This document shows positions 1 to 11,905 of a stretch of 64,000 nt of DNA, piece by piece. The DNA comes from Macrostomum lignano (taxonomy: Eukaryota). The notes under the pieces were generated by a model. The model searched no databases. It saw only the letters and a list, made by a program, of their open reading frames with translations, and was not told where the DNA came from. Positions within the stretch are counted from its first letter, which is position 1; every line of letters starts with the position of its first letter. A program made the translations under genes and the position numbers. The stretch covers positions 1-64,000 of the forward strand of contig NIVC01000049.1 of the NCBI GenBank assembly GCA_002269645.1. Direction: 5' to 3'.

Positions 1-1112
1 AATTGCGATGCATGCGAAGACTCATTTTTCTGCCTTTTGTATCCATCGTTTTCCACTGGTCAAGCTAATGTGAATAAATTAAATATTAAAGACTGTATTT
101 GATTTGTTATAGTATGCATGTAACTGGTCGTATTTTATTTATCATGTTAATGAAAGATTTCTTGCTAATGCATGTCTCAAATCAGAACTTGTAATTCGTA
201 TATTACTATAAGTTCATACTGCTGTTGATCAGCAAAATATTACAGATCAAAAAGAAGCTATTTTTTTATAAATTCTTCATCAGAAAAAAACTGTGCCTGT
301 TTCCGTTTAAATTTACATGCGTACTTTTAGAATGACATGCTCGTAATTCGAATGTAATATGATTTCGTGGTACGTGATCCGTACTGCACACTTATTTAGT
401 ATTATTTATATGCTATATGCATACGCAAAATTACATTTTTACCCGAAAATGCGGGTCTGTTACCAGTGCCTCACTTGATTGCTTGCGTTATTGCTGTCAA
501 GCTAAAATATAAAAATATTTCTGTATGCCCACGATAATTGCTCACTGCACCATTAACTGATTTAAAAAATAATTCAACAACCAGCTCACGTAATTTATGT
601 TTATCCCTCTCTAAAAGAAATTTCTCTGCTTTTTTAATCTACACTATTTACCAAAATATTTCTCAGATTACTCACATCTGTCTTGCTTTTTTTTCTAATC
701 GGAATTATTTTATTTTGTTAATAAACTTTCCCAAATCCGGTCTCCGACCCCCCAAATAAAGATATTTTTTAGCCAGAATCTGCCTTCTCGGAGGCACATG
801 TACGGTCTTTTTGCGTCAAAATACGTCTATGCAATCAGATATTCATTCAATTTAAGTTCATAAATTTAATTCAATATGCATACCATCTCATCTGTGAAGA
901 GAATACTAGTTTGGCCACAGAAGTTTCAGCCTATTTCATTTAGTCTGTTTAGTCTTCAAATTTTTCATTTGAACCAAATTTATCTAGCAAACTTCTACTC
1001 AGACCTACCCTAGATATGGAAGCCGTATGTCATACTCACTACTCAGTCAAATATTCAAATATGCCACTCAGATCAATTATGTATTTCATTACGAGCGTAG
1101 ATTGGCTTCTGG

Positions 1113-1509
1113 CGTATTAAACATTCGCCGACACTTATTCAGACACTTCTACAGACACTTTAGTTTCTGTCGTACGAATCGTAGGAACAAGCATTAAATT
1201 GTTTATTCCTTACAAACTACCAGTAAACTACTTTATTTTAAGCTTTTTTTGCTTTATTTTATTAAATATGAATTAGGAAGTGTCCTGGACAAATTTAACA
1301 TTCTTCTTCACGTGAAGAGAATCTATGCAGAATAACAAATTTCATGATTCATATTTAATAAAATAAAGCAAAAAAAAGCTTAAAATAAAGTAGTTTACTG
1401 GTAGTTTGTAAGGAATAAACAATTTTAATGCTTGTTCCTACGATTCGTACGACAGAAACTAAAGTGTCTGTAGAAGTGTCTGAATAAGTGTCGGCGAATG
1501 TTTAATACG
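1113..1509. mobile_element. Foldback/MITE (Mutator-like) with ~161-bp terminal inverted repeats and an 11-bp target-site duplication
   Basis: 1113-1273 is the reverse complement of 1347-1509 apart from two homopolymer-length differences. TTGGCTTCTGG flanks both sides directly (1102-1112 and 1510-1520). Confidence 0.85.
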
Positions 1510-2108
1510 TTGGCTTCTGGTATAAATACTTCAGTATTACGAGTATGTCTATGGCCAAACTAGAATTGCTTTCGCAGCCTTATAGACAGACGTCAAGGTA
1601 AAACTCCTCAAAGAATTACCCAGTGGGAAATTCTGGTACGCCCAAGGTGCGCAGACCGCGGCGCCCGGTGGCCTGTGGCCGGTAGCGGGGCGCACTCTTT
1701 GTCCAGTCGGGGCGCCGGCCTTATACCCGCGCCCGCGTGGACTGCCCAATAAATTAAGGCAAGAATTGGTTTACTCTACTAACAGTAGTATGCAGGGCTT
1801 TTACTGATATATTTTGCTCTGGCAGCAGCCTAGCTTTCTGGTTGTTTCAAAATTGAATTTATTTCCAAATAATTTTCAGAGCTATCTGATTTTTTTAAGC
1901 AATTGTCTCTTCCATTATAAATTTAAACAACCTTGCTGCTACCTGCTTACGAAGTTTGCCTTTTGTAAATTTTTTTGCAGTTCTTTAGAAAATTAGTTTG
2001 AGTCTATGAATGAAATCGAATGAGAAACTTAAATGTAATGAAATTTGAATTTATTTAGCGAAGTTAAATGGAACTGATATTAAAACACAATATTAGAACG
2101 AAAAATAG

Positions 2109-5100
2109 TTAAGTTTTTGGCAACAAAGGTGTTGAAAGAATGTCAGTTTTAAAATCATTTTGACAGCATTTACTCGTAAAATACGTGCTCTCATAATTAG
2201 AAGATTTTAAATTGTCCATCATCCAGCTCTCGCTGATCTTCGGACCAGTTTGATCCACTTGATTCGGTTTCGTCATCAGATTCGAGAGAGCAGTCAGTGC
2301 GGTAGTTGGTTTTTGACTTTGCTGAACGGGGGCGATGGTTGTTCCGCTTTCGAGGCTGAGAATCCAACTGAATACTCGCTCGCTTTCTGGATTGGGAGCT
2401 CGGCTTTGCTGTCGCCGCTGGCGGCACTTCTCCGCTGATAGTCGCGATGGTGTCTGTGACATTGGAAAGAAAACAAAAAATTACTGCATGCACATTTTAT
2501 CTTACTGATAGTAGTATTTAATGCTTAGCAATCATAGTATTCATCGTTCATTATTCAGTTTAGATACGTTTTTACTCACTAGGGAAAAAGAAGATGAATG
2601 GCTGTGTCTTTGCACGGCGCTGCAGAAGCGGACTTTGAGTCGCTGCCACCAAAGACCGTCTTTGCACGGCGCTGCCAGAAGCGGGACTTTGAGTCGCTGC
2701 CACCAGAGATCGTCTTTGCACAGCGCTGCCAGAAGCGGGACTTTGAGTCGCTGCCACCAAAGACGTCTTTGCACGGCGCTGCCAGAAGCGGGGCTTGGAG
2801 TCGCTGCCACCAGAGACTGTCTTTTTACGGCGCTGCCAGAAGCGCGGGCTTGGAGTCGCTGCCACCAGAGACTGTCTTTGTACGGCGCTGCCAGAAGCGG
2901 GACTTTGAGTCGCTGCCACCAGAGACTGTCTTTGTACGGCGCTGCCAGAAGCGGGGCTTGGAGTCGCTGCCACCAGAGACTGTCTTTGTACGGCGCTGCC
3001 AGAAGCGGGGCTTGGAGTCGCTGCCACCAGAGACTGTCTTTGTACGGCGCTGCCAGAAGCGGGACTTTGAGTCGCTGCCACCAGAGACTGTCTTTGTACG
3101 GCGCTGCCAGAAGCGGGGCTTGGAGTCGCTGCCACCAGAGACTGTCTTTGTACGGCGCTGTCAGAAGCGGGGCTTTGAGTCTGGACTCCGGAAAGCAGCT
3201 GGCTTCCTGTGCGATGCGACCGCCCCTTTAATCGGTCACCGCCATGCTTTAGCTGCTGTCTGCAAGTATTTCTTACAGATTGTTCAGAGGGCCTGCCGGC
3301 TTCAGCGGTCGCGCCATAGATGAATGTGATTGCTTCTGTTAGGAAAAAAGTTGAAAGTTACTATGAATAGCATGCACTGTGCTCGACTAATTTCTTGATA
3401 TTTAGCTCTAAAAGTCTCATTGAACGTTGATTAAGTAGACTTACTTTGGAAATGGCTGAGCAGAGTGCTCTGAAATCCAAGCTGCGCATCAGTAAGGTTG
3501 GTCGCAACTCCAGCAGCAACAGCTCGGCTTCGCATGTCTGACCCGATTAAATTAATAACCGCCTGCATCTCTTTCGACAAGCTCTCGTTAAGCATTGCCA
3601 TTAAAGCATCGGACCACTTGTCTCGCTTGCATGAACGTAGCAGGCTCTTCTGTTTAGATTTTTACAGGTGAGAATACTTATAGATTATTATTTCAGTGAT
3701 AGTACTAGTGCGCTTTGAGTAGTAGTTAGAGCATTTCTTCTAATGAAAAGAAAATAAAAAACTCTGTCATGAACTTACCAAAGTAGAAATATGTTCATTT
3801 GGACTGGAAGCGAATTGCACATATTTTTCCCAGGAGTTGATCGGCCAGAATGAAGGCTCAGAATTATCAGTTGGAATGTCAGCGCCAACAGGTTCCAAAA
3901 AGCGTAGCACGCTCTGCACTTCAGTGCGCATTGCGGTGATTTGTTTGGTCAAACTATTTTCTAATGCTTTCAATTCATTCTTGCGCATAGTAAGTTCGCG
4001 TAGGGCATATAAGGACAGAAACTTGATGCCTCTTGGACTTTCCAGCTCAAAGCTAACACCGGCTTGGATCTGCTCTTCTAGTTTTCTAAGAAAGCCAGAA
4101 CCAAAATTAAAAGATGAAATGGTGGGAGGCGACTTAGGAATCGTCGATCGATCATCTGCTACGAACTCAGCTTCTATTTCAGCTTCCGCCTCAGCTTCCA
4201 CCTCAGCTCCCATCTCAGCTTCCACCTCAGCTTCCGCCTCAGCTTCCGCCTCAGCTCCCATCTCAGCTTCCACCTCAGCTCCGATCTCAGCTTCCACCTC
4301 ATCTTCCGCTTCAGCTTCCGCCTCAGCTTCCACTTCAGCTTCCGCCTCAGCTTCCACTTCAGCTTCCGCCTCAGCTTCCGCCTCAGCTTCCATATCGGCG
4401 TCTACGCCAGCTTCTGCTTCATCATCACTAATAGGAGGCATTGGCGCTAACTGTGCAATCGTAGGCGGATGTTGTTTAGGCAGCAAAGCTGGAGGTTGCA
4501 AACAGCGGCTGCTCTTATCTTCGAAGATTGCCTCGGAATCGGTGGCTGAGCCGTCTGACAGATTCTGTTTGGGATGGTTACGGCATGAGAAATTATCAAG
4601 TTAATGTCAGTTTTAAAGATTATTTTCACATTTAATTTCTTCCCTTTTCTTAAAAAATAGTTTAAAAGGTAAAACGGAGAAAACAAAGTTCTCGATAAAA
4701 ATTATATGGGCTGTGCTTAATTTTACCTTAGTCTGGTAATGCCTTCGTGCTTTCTTCATGTCACGCTCCTGAAAGACTCTGGGTTGAACCCACTCGAGAA
4801 TTCGGTTCAGTCGGGTCTTTTTGGCCACCAATTCACGCACAAAGCGGAAGCTCCCAGGCTCTAGGTTGTTGCTTAGTATTACCTTTAAATTAATGAGAAA
4901 ATATGAGCGTACAAATATTAGATCGATTCAAGAATTTTAACATTTCAATCGTTGGGATCGGTTGCTTACCTGAATAATTAGAGCAGAGTAAAAACAGCCT
5001 TCATACAAGGCTTCACACTTCCACTTCTCAGTGGAGTCCCTCTTTTCTAACCATTCCTCTTCCTTAAGGTTTTGAAAGCCTTCAGGAAGCTTCACTTCGC

Positions 5101-5155
5101 TTTCCGAGACCTCAACAATTTGACGGTCGTCTTTAAAGATCACTAAAAACTTCAT
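2109..5155 (-). CDS. Transposon accessory protein (DUF4806-like/TnpA-like), 6 exons, with Ala-Glu and 18-aa repeat tracts
   Basis: Inferred GT-AG exons: 5155-4970, 4858-4727, 4564-3779, 3649-3445, ~3335-~2579 and 2453-~2109/2197. Phases are consistent for exons 1-5. Exons 4-5 read [25 protein letters not shown]...[12 protein letters not shown], resembling accessory ORFs of animal EnSpm elements (family recalled, not searched). Small indels in exon 5 leave the last-exon frame uncertain. Confidence 0.6.
2602..3180. repeat. 54-bp minisatellite (~11 copies), coding on the minus strand ([18 protein letters not shown])
   Basis: Unit GACTGTCTTTGTACGGCGCTGCCAGAAGCGGGGCTTGGAGTCGCTGCCACCAGA. It is in frame with exon 5 of the accessory gene. 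Confidence 0.9.
4170..4420. repeat. TCAGCTTCCGCC-type repeat encoding an (AE)n acidic tract on the minus strand
   Basis: Lies in exon 3 of the accessory gene ([11 protein letters not shown]...). Confidence 0.85.
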
Positions 5156-5519
5156 TGTAGCATGCAGACTAGACTATGCTAGTGCAAAACTGAGTACCAA
5201 ATAAAGCAAGAGTTTGGAGCTCACACTATAGTTTATGCTTATTTAATGATTCAGTGGTTTAGGTTGCTTCTAGAAGCAATTGTCTTCTATAGTTCTTCGA
5301 ATGAAAAAGGCCGCCCTGGCTTTTCCAATTTCATTGGCCCTACCGTCCCCGCATCCATACCTGTCCAATCAGCGCGCACAAACCCCCAAAGGAATAGTTT
5401 TCAATTCTTCCCAGCTTTTGTTCATATCCTTTCTTTAATACGAAATAAGCAATCGTAGTAATTACTTTATTATTATTACAACAGTCAACTATCATCAAAG
5501 TCTGATTCGGACGAAAACA

Positions 5520-7545
5520 ATGACAAGGCAATTGAGGCGACAAGCAAATAAGGATTTGCTGGGCTTGTTCATGGAAGGAGAACAAGAAGCTTTGGAAGAC
5601 ATCGCACTGCAAGAGAAAAAAAGAAAAGTATTCGAAGCAGATGATTCTGGGAGAGTCGCCGGTTTCATCGCTTCGGAGTCCTCTGTAGCAGAAGTCAATG
5701 AAGGTACGGATCCAGATCTTGACAACGACAATGGCAGCTATCCTGATTTTGACGAGTTCGCGCGAGTTTGCAGCGATGAAGATGAGGAGATTGACAAGAA
5801 AGAGGATGACCGCTCTTTAGAAGATAAAATATTCGCCTTGCTGGTAGTCTACTTTTCTTGTTTCAACCTAAGTCGTGGATCTAAAAAATTCCTTGTTGAT
5901 GGTCTAAGAGACATAGGCTTGCCTGCGCCGAAGTCTGTCAACTCTATTGAGGCCGTCATCAATGCTGGCGATCCAACGGAAAAATTGGAGCCCATGGGAA
6001 AAGGCCATTTTCGCTACATTTCGATTCTGAAAAATCTAGAACTAATGTTTCGCAAAAACCAGCTGCACATGAAGCCAGAATATCTACAACACGATAGTGA
6101 AACTGAGAAGGTTTACAAAATTGAAGCCATCGTTAATTTTGACGGCTTGCCTTTGTACCGAGCAAGCCACTTCGGTCTTTGGCCCATACTTATGTCTATT
6201 CCCAGCATATTCAGCAGACCTTTTCCAGTAGCCGTATGGGCTGGTTGTGGCAAGCCACCTCTGAATGATTATCTTCGACAATTTTGCGACGAGGCTAAAC
6301 GTTTTCTTACGGGTCCAATAAAAATTATCGAAAATTTAAGCATCAGCTTCTCGACTATCCGATTTGTTTGCGATGCGCCTGCTCGAGCCTGGGTCTCAGT
6401 AACTCAAGGGCACATGTCGTACGTCGGTTGCATGTACTGCAGGGCTACTGGACCTTATACCGACAACAGAGTAACATTTTCAACGAGCGTCGGGAGTCTC
6501 GTAGCAGCCAACAATACCGAGAGGGAAAGGAGTCTAACCAGGAAAATAAAAAAATCGCTCTATCGCCCTTCTAAATTTGCCTAACATTAGTTTTGTCGAT
6601 GCTTTTCCCCCTGACTACCAGCATGCCGTATGCCTTGGAGTCACAAGGAAGCTATTTTACCTATTTTTCGACAAATCTAATGGCAAGAAGTGTCTCGTCT
6701 ATCCCGGTCCGATGAGCCTATTGGGCGACCGAATTACTATGGCTGCCGGTTGGACACCTTCAAACTTTCAACGAAGACCCCGGAAAATCGACTTGGAACT
6801 GAAGCACATGAAGGCTACTGAATTCAGACAGTACTTGCTGTACCTAGGACCTGTCCTCTTCAAAGGCATTTTAAATGAAGAAAGGTATAACCACTTTCTT
6901 TACCTCCATTTCGCCATTTACGCATACTCCAACGAAAGGTACTCCAAGTGGTGGACGCAGGCAAAAACTTGCATTGAAGTTTTTGTTGAACGGGCTGCCC
7001 ACCTTTACGGCCAGAAGTTTATAAGTTTCAATCTTCACACTATTCTTCATTTGGATGAGTTTGTCCGAAAGCTAGGCAGTTTAAACAACTTTTCGACTTT
7101 CCCTTTCGAAAACTTTCTTGGATCTGTAAAGCGCCGCGTAAAGGTGACAAGGCACATGGCAGCGCATTCAGTTAAGCAGGTGCTCAGAGTTCGCGATCTT
7201 CTGTTGAATGAGCAGCGAATTCCACCGTTGAAATTCAGCACAAAGCGAGGTGATAATTGTTGCATAATCGACAAAGTATGCGTCCTAATCGAAGCTGTAA
7301 GTGAAGCTAATCAAGTCACTGGCAGGATTTTACACCCAGTTGACAACATCTACGCCAACCCATATCCATCTTTGCGTCTGGGAATCGGCTTGTACAGGAT
7401 GACATCTGGTGTTCTAACTGGCACACCTGAGCGAAAGTGCTGGATTTTGCCTGCGAATCTGCTTGCCAATCTTGCTGGAGCGGACAGGGATCCAGCAAGC
7501 CATTTTTTTGTCATTCCTCTGACAGGTGACTCCGAGGAGGCCTGA
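5520..7545 (+). CDS. CACTA/EnSpm-type DDE transposase (Transposase_21-like), split by two apparent frameshifts
   Basis: Motifs VNFDGLPLYRAS..LWPIL, FVCDAPARAW..GH.SYVGCMYC, PPDYQHAVCLGV, KATEFRQYLLYLGP, NLHTILHL and TFPFENFLG. ORFs 5520-6584 and 6577-7545 join through a short third-frame segment, with single-base losses near 6495 and 6568. Confidence 0.85.
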
Positions 7546-9227
7546 TGTAGGACGCGTGAGTCGCAAGTGAGTACTAAAAATATCTTTCTCTGGTTTTTTA
7601 TATCAATCCGATTTCCTTCTATCTCGATTCTCGTATTCCCTGTATTCTGCAATTCTGCAATTTCTTCCTGTATATGTTCTCAGCTTCAACACGCAGACAT
7701 GATTGTAGATTGTGAGTTAAATATTAGTATATTACGATGCATACTCGATCGCAACTGCCATTTTATCTTTACTTTTAGGATCCGCAGTTTCACGAGTTTA
7801 CTACAAGCCTGGCGATCGGTCATTCATGAACTGGAGTTATTTTAGAGACTGATTATATTGATTCTATCTTTATTGTTTACATTCTTGAACCCTAGAATTA
7901 GGTACAGCTTAAAATTCGGTGTTATAGAGGCCGGAGGGGTAATTTAGCTCAAAACTGTGTAGGAGGGGTGGAGGGGCCGGAAACTTAGTGGGAGGTGATG
8001 CCGCTGTATGTGGCTGAAATGGGGGATTTATTTTCTTAAACCCCAGTATACGAGTATGAAATACTAATGGTATTGTATACAGTATTCCTACCTCCAATTC
8101 AAGCCAACAGAATTTTTGTAATATTTTACTTATCCCATTGATAATAATCAACTAGCTGCACAACTGTAATTTCCATCTGTTACCATCTGGTTTTACTTTT
8201 AAGCACATATAAAATGCTATGAATATTTTCTTTCTTTTGCTGGCACCTATTTTAGGTCAGATCGAATCAATACTTTCCGTATCAAAGTATTTATGTGTTT
8301 ATGCTAGGTTGTAACTTATAAAATATATATATATATATATATATAGTTCAGACCTTGTCAAGCCTCGCACGAAATTCGTCTTTGTTCTTCCTTTATCTTT
8401 GGTGCAATATGGGAATAGAAAAAACTTGATGACCTGCACTGATAAGGAGTCAGGACAGTTTGTTTGTTTCGCATAGGTTCGCTTAAGCAGGCAAGAACGG
8501 TACAACGTAGAAATTCCCATATCACTTCTCTAGCCTTTCTTCTAACCCCCCCCCACCCAACTGAAATGAATTGGCCAAAATTAGCTGTCACCTCTAGGTT
8601 AAAATAATTCCTTGCATTGCCCTGTCATTACGGGTTATTGCCACTGGCCAGGAAATTCAAAACATTTTTCTAAGAGCAACTCAAAATGAGTAAGCTTTAT
8701 ACAGGCTATAATTGATGAGAGATTTCTGTTAATGAGAGATAAAGCCCACACGGGTTTTATTGATGTCGGGTTGTAAAAGACGATCGCAAATAGAGAACAA
8801 TATAGCGAGAATATTCAAGCTGGCGGACGTGCGCCGAGCTATAATTTTCTGTTAACTCGGGGATTCAGTAAGACTAGAATAATTGAGTGGCAAAAACTGT
8901 CATGAGAACGCAAAGGCACTTTGAAACCTTTATGATTCAGTGGATTTATTCATCCGGAAAAATGACAAGGCGGGGGTTAGATTGTTATTTATTCATGACC
9001 TGTCCCATTTGAGCTCTGACCGCCTCTGAATATGAAAACTGAGAAAATATCTATGTCTATGTATCCCTCCTTATCAAAATGTGACTGAGTGACTGTGCCC
9101 TACTCGTAATCGGGGAGATAAATGAAGGGGAGACAGGGGAGACAGTCTCCTATCTCCAATCTCCCATGTCTCTTATTTGCCATTATGCAGTTAACTGGGC
9201 CCGTCATGCATAGCCTACTGCAGGCTG

Positions 9228-9290
9228 CAGGGGTCAGCAAACTCCAGCCCACGGGCCACATGCGGCCCGCAGTCTCTCTATCCAGCCCTC
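9228..9290 (+). mobile_element. hAT/Charlie-like terminal fragment
   Basis: CAGGGGTCAGCAAACT followed by GGGCCACATGCGGCCC resembles Charlie/MER5-type termini. No matching right end was found. Confidence 0.45.
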
Positions 9291-9429
9291 GGGTCCTTTC
9301 TAACTTCCCATGCCAATAACAATCCAGCCCGCTCAAGGTTTGCATCTCTTCTCAGCTTTTTTGCTAATTTCTTCTCCTTTTCTCATCAAAATCTCCCCTC
9401 TCTCCTCCTTTCCCCTCTTTCCTTGCTCC

Positions 9430-9622
9430 CAGTGGCGCAACCAGGGGGGGGCGGGGGGGGGGGGGGGCGGGGCCCCCCCCTTAGGCGGAGACCCAGAAAA
9501 AATTGAAGGGGGGACCAAGCGAATTTTCGCCAAAAACAGAGCCTCCCCTCCGCCCCCTCCCTCACGGGACTTTACCTTCCAGAATCCGCCCCCCCCTCAA
9601 AAAATTTCTGGTTGCCCTACTG
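9430..9622. mobile_element. hAT-type MITE (193 bp) with an 8-bp TSD
   Basis: TIRs CAGTGGCGCAACCAG and CTGGTTGCCCTACTG. CTTGCTCC is duplicated at 9422-9429 and 9623-9630. Confidence 0.85.
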
Positions 9623-9959
9623 CTTGCTCCCTTCCTCTGACATCTCTCCTTTCGCCTCTCTCCTCTCTCCCTTTATCTCCCTTCTTTCTCTCATCTCGCC
9701 TCTCTCCTCTCTTCCCTCCTCTCACATCTCACATCTCTCCCCTCTCCCCTCCACTCTCCTCCTTCTGGCCCGCAGTCTTGAGCTAGATTCTCTATCTGGC
9801 ACTTAAAGTAAAATAGTTAGCCAATCCCTCGCAAGGAATTTCGATCATTACAATGAGCAAAAGTTGACATTAACAAAATTTTGGCGGGCGCGTTGTGCCA
9901 AGCCTGAACAGCTTCTCTAGACAGCACTCTGTGCTCTCCAGAATTACTTGAACTGTTAG

Positions 9960-10073
9960 CAGTGGCGCAAGCAGAATTTCTTATGTGGGGGGGGGCGGAT
10001 TCTGAAGGGTAAAGACCCAAGGGGGGCGGAGGGGTGGCTCTGTATTTTGGCAAAAATGCGCTTGGTCCCCCTT
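9960..10073 (-). mobile_element. Truncated inverted relative of the 9430-9622 MITE
   Basis: CAGTGGCGCAAGCAG...GGGGGCGGATTCTGAAGGGTAAAG...CGCTTGGTCCCCC aligns to the reverse complement of 9500-9622. Confidence 0.7.
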
Positions 10074-10497
10074 TAATACAGCTTGGCAAACCTGATTGAT
10101 TTTCCGGGATTTCCCCTGTCCTAGTTGTATTTCTCTAAAATTCTGGAAGATAAATCGAGATTCTAGATAATAGCTGCATCTAAGATTAGTTTGTTTTGCT
10201 ATCGCATTGTACCGTACAATTAATTATTGAAAATTTTAAACCTTTGCTGGCATACGCATATGTTATCTTTGACCTTACCTGTTGTTTAATAGGTAAATTA
10301 TTACTGTATGGAGGTACATGTAGATATAGGCATTTTGACTGTCAACTGTCCACCCCATACAAGCATACGGCTTTCAAATAATTATGCAACCTTGTGCAAG
10401 GGTATGCCGCCTACTTACATGTAAAACTTTGAAATGAGTATTTATTTACGCCACTATCCAAGGGGGGGGGGCGCGGCCGCGGGAGACCGACAGCGGA

Positions 10498-10979
10498 GAC
10501 CGCCACAATTTGCCCGCCAGACAATTTGCCCGCCAGACAATTTGCCCGCCAGACAATTTGCCCGCCAGACAATTTGCCCGCCAGACAATTTGCCCGCCAG
10601 ACAATTTGCCCGCCAGACAATTTGCCCGCCAGACAATTTGCCCGCCAGACAATTTGCCCGCCAGACAATTTGCCCGCCAGACAATTTGCCCGCCAGACAA
10701 TTTGCCCGCCAGACAATTTGCCCGCCAGACAATTTGCCCGCCAGACAATTTGCCCGCCAGACAATTTGCCCGCCAGACAATTTGCCCGCCAGACAATTTG
10801 CCCGCCAGACAATTTGCCCGCCAGACAATTTGCCCGCCAGACAATTTGCCCGCCAGACAATTTGCCCGCCAGACAATTTGCCCGCCAGACAATTTGCCCG
10901 CCAGACAATTTGCCCGCCAGACAATTTGCCCGCCGCCCTATTTCACCTTGAATAGAACGGCGATCAAATTGTGGCGGTC
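10498..10979. repeat. Perfect 16-bp tandem array (ACAATTTGCCCGCCAG x ~27) bounded by 15-bp inverted repeats; probable MITE
   Basis: Array at 10505-10934. GACCGCCACAATTTG (10498-10512) is the exact reverse complement of CAAATTGTGGCGGTC (10965-10979). Confidence 0.85.
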
Positions 10980-11905
10980 AAATGTACTCGTAGATGTAGT
11001 AGACCCGGCGGCCGCCCCCTTTGCCATGGCTGGACTTGCATATAAGGGGGGTAAATTTTGAGCTTACTTTGGCTTTTTAGACCAAAACAAAAATTTGGGC
11101 AAATCTGCCCCCACTACTTTAAAAATCCTGAATTGACCACCAAATCGGACTCATCTAAATGAAAACTTAAGAATACAAGCAACATTGTACATGCGCTAGT
11201 GCTTAAGTAGTGGAGTATTAAAAAATATATTTTTTGTTGCGTTGATTTCGAAGATCAAAAGGTATTACTTATAAGTAGGTAGGCTAAAACGCACACTTTT
11301 GCGTTCACATCCAATTTCTGAAGTGTATGAAACTCAGAAAAATTTGCACGAGTCGCCTATACCCCACTTTGGAGCTTGCAGCAATTTTTCAAAGAGATGG
11401 CTGCTCAAAGGGTTAAAAGTTCAAGTTAGCTGTAGTATGAGGATTGGTCAATGCAAATAAATAATGAGCTCATTATACAAGAAAATAATTAATAAGGATA
11501 TCAATAGTTCGCCCCACTGTCCACTGCACGTACTGAAAGGCGTACTGTCAGGTTCGAGCACAAAAACACCCGAAACTAAAAAAATCAACTTTAAAAATTC
11601 TGCTCTTTACATAATTTCCTCACAAAAATATTTCATACGTACAAAGAAGAAAACCTACAAACTTTTATCTTGCGGGATGGGGCGTACCCTTGAGGGCCGC
11701 CGGGGCGCCGGCCTAGAGGGTACGCCCCAATTTTTCTAACCACTGGGTATGAATAATTGAATTCGAGTGTTGGTTCCTGTTTAGCAAAACGATCCCAGAC
11801 ATGTATAGAGGCCTCTGCATTTAAAGCCTTATATTTGGTCTGGAAAGGCTTTATTAGTGCCGGAGGTCCTTGGGTGTAGCTATATCAGTTTAGGCATCGA
11901 ATGCA

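Larger units (their letters stand above)
1619..11747. mobile_element. CACTA/EnSpm (CMC superfamily) DNA transposon, probable full span, with nested insertions
   Basis: Termini are CCCAGTGG (1619-1626) and CCACTGGG (11740-11747), each flanked by TA. Subterminal CGGGGCGCCGGCCT is identical at 1708-1721 and 11701-11714, and GGTACGCCC occurs at both ends. The span encloses a CACTA-type transposase and a head-to-head second gene. Confidence 0.65.

Noticed and set aside
3837-4604. 255-aa Ser/Ala-rich plus-strand ORF
   Set aside because: Antisense shadow of the (AE)n exon, which has splice-site support on the minus strand.
10411-11061. Long overlapping ORFs in all six frames
   Set aside because: Translations of the stop-free 16-bp array; no splice or domain support.
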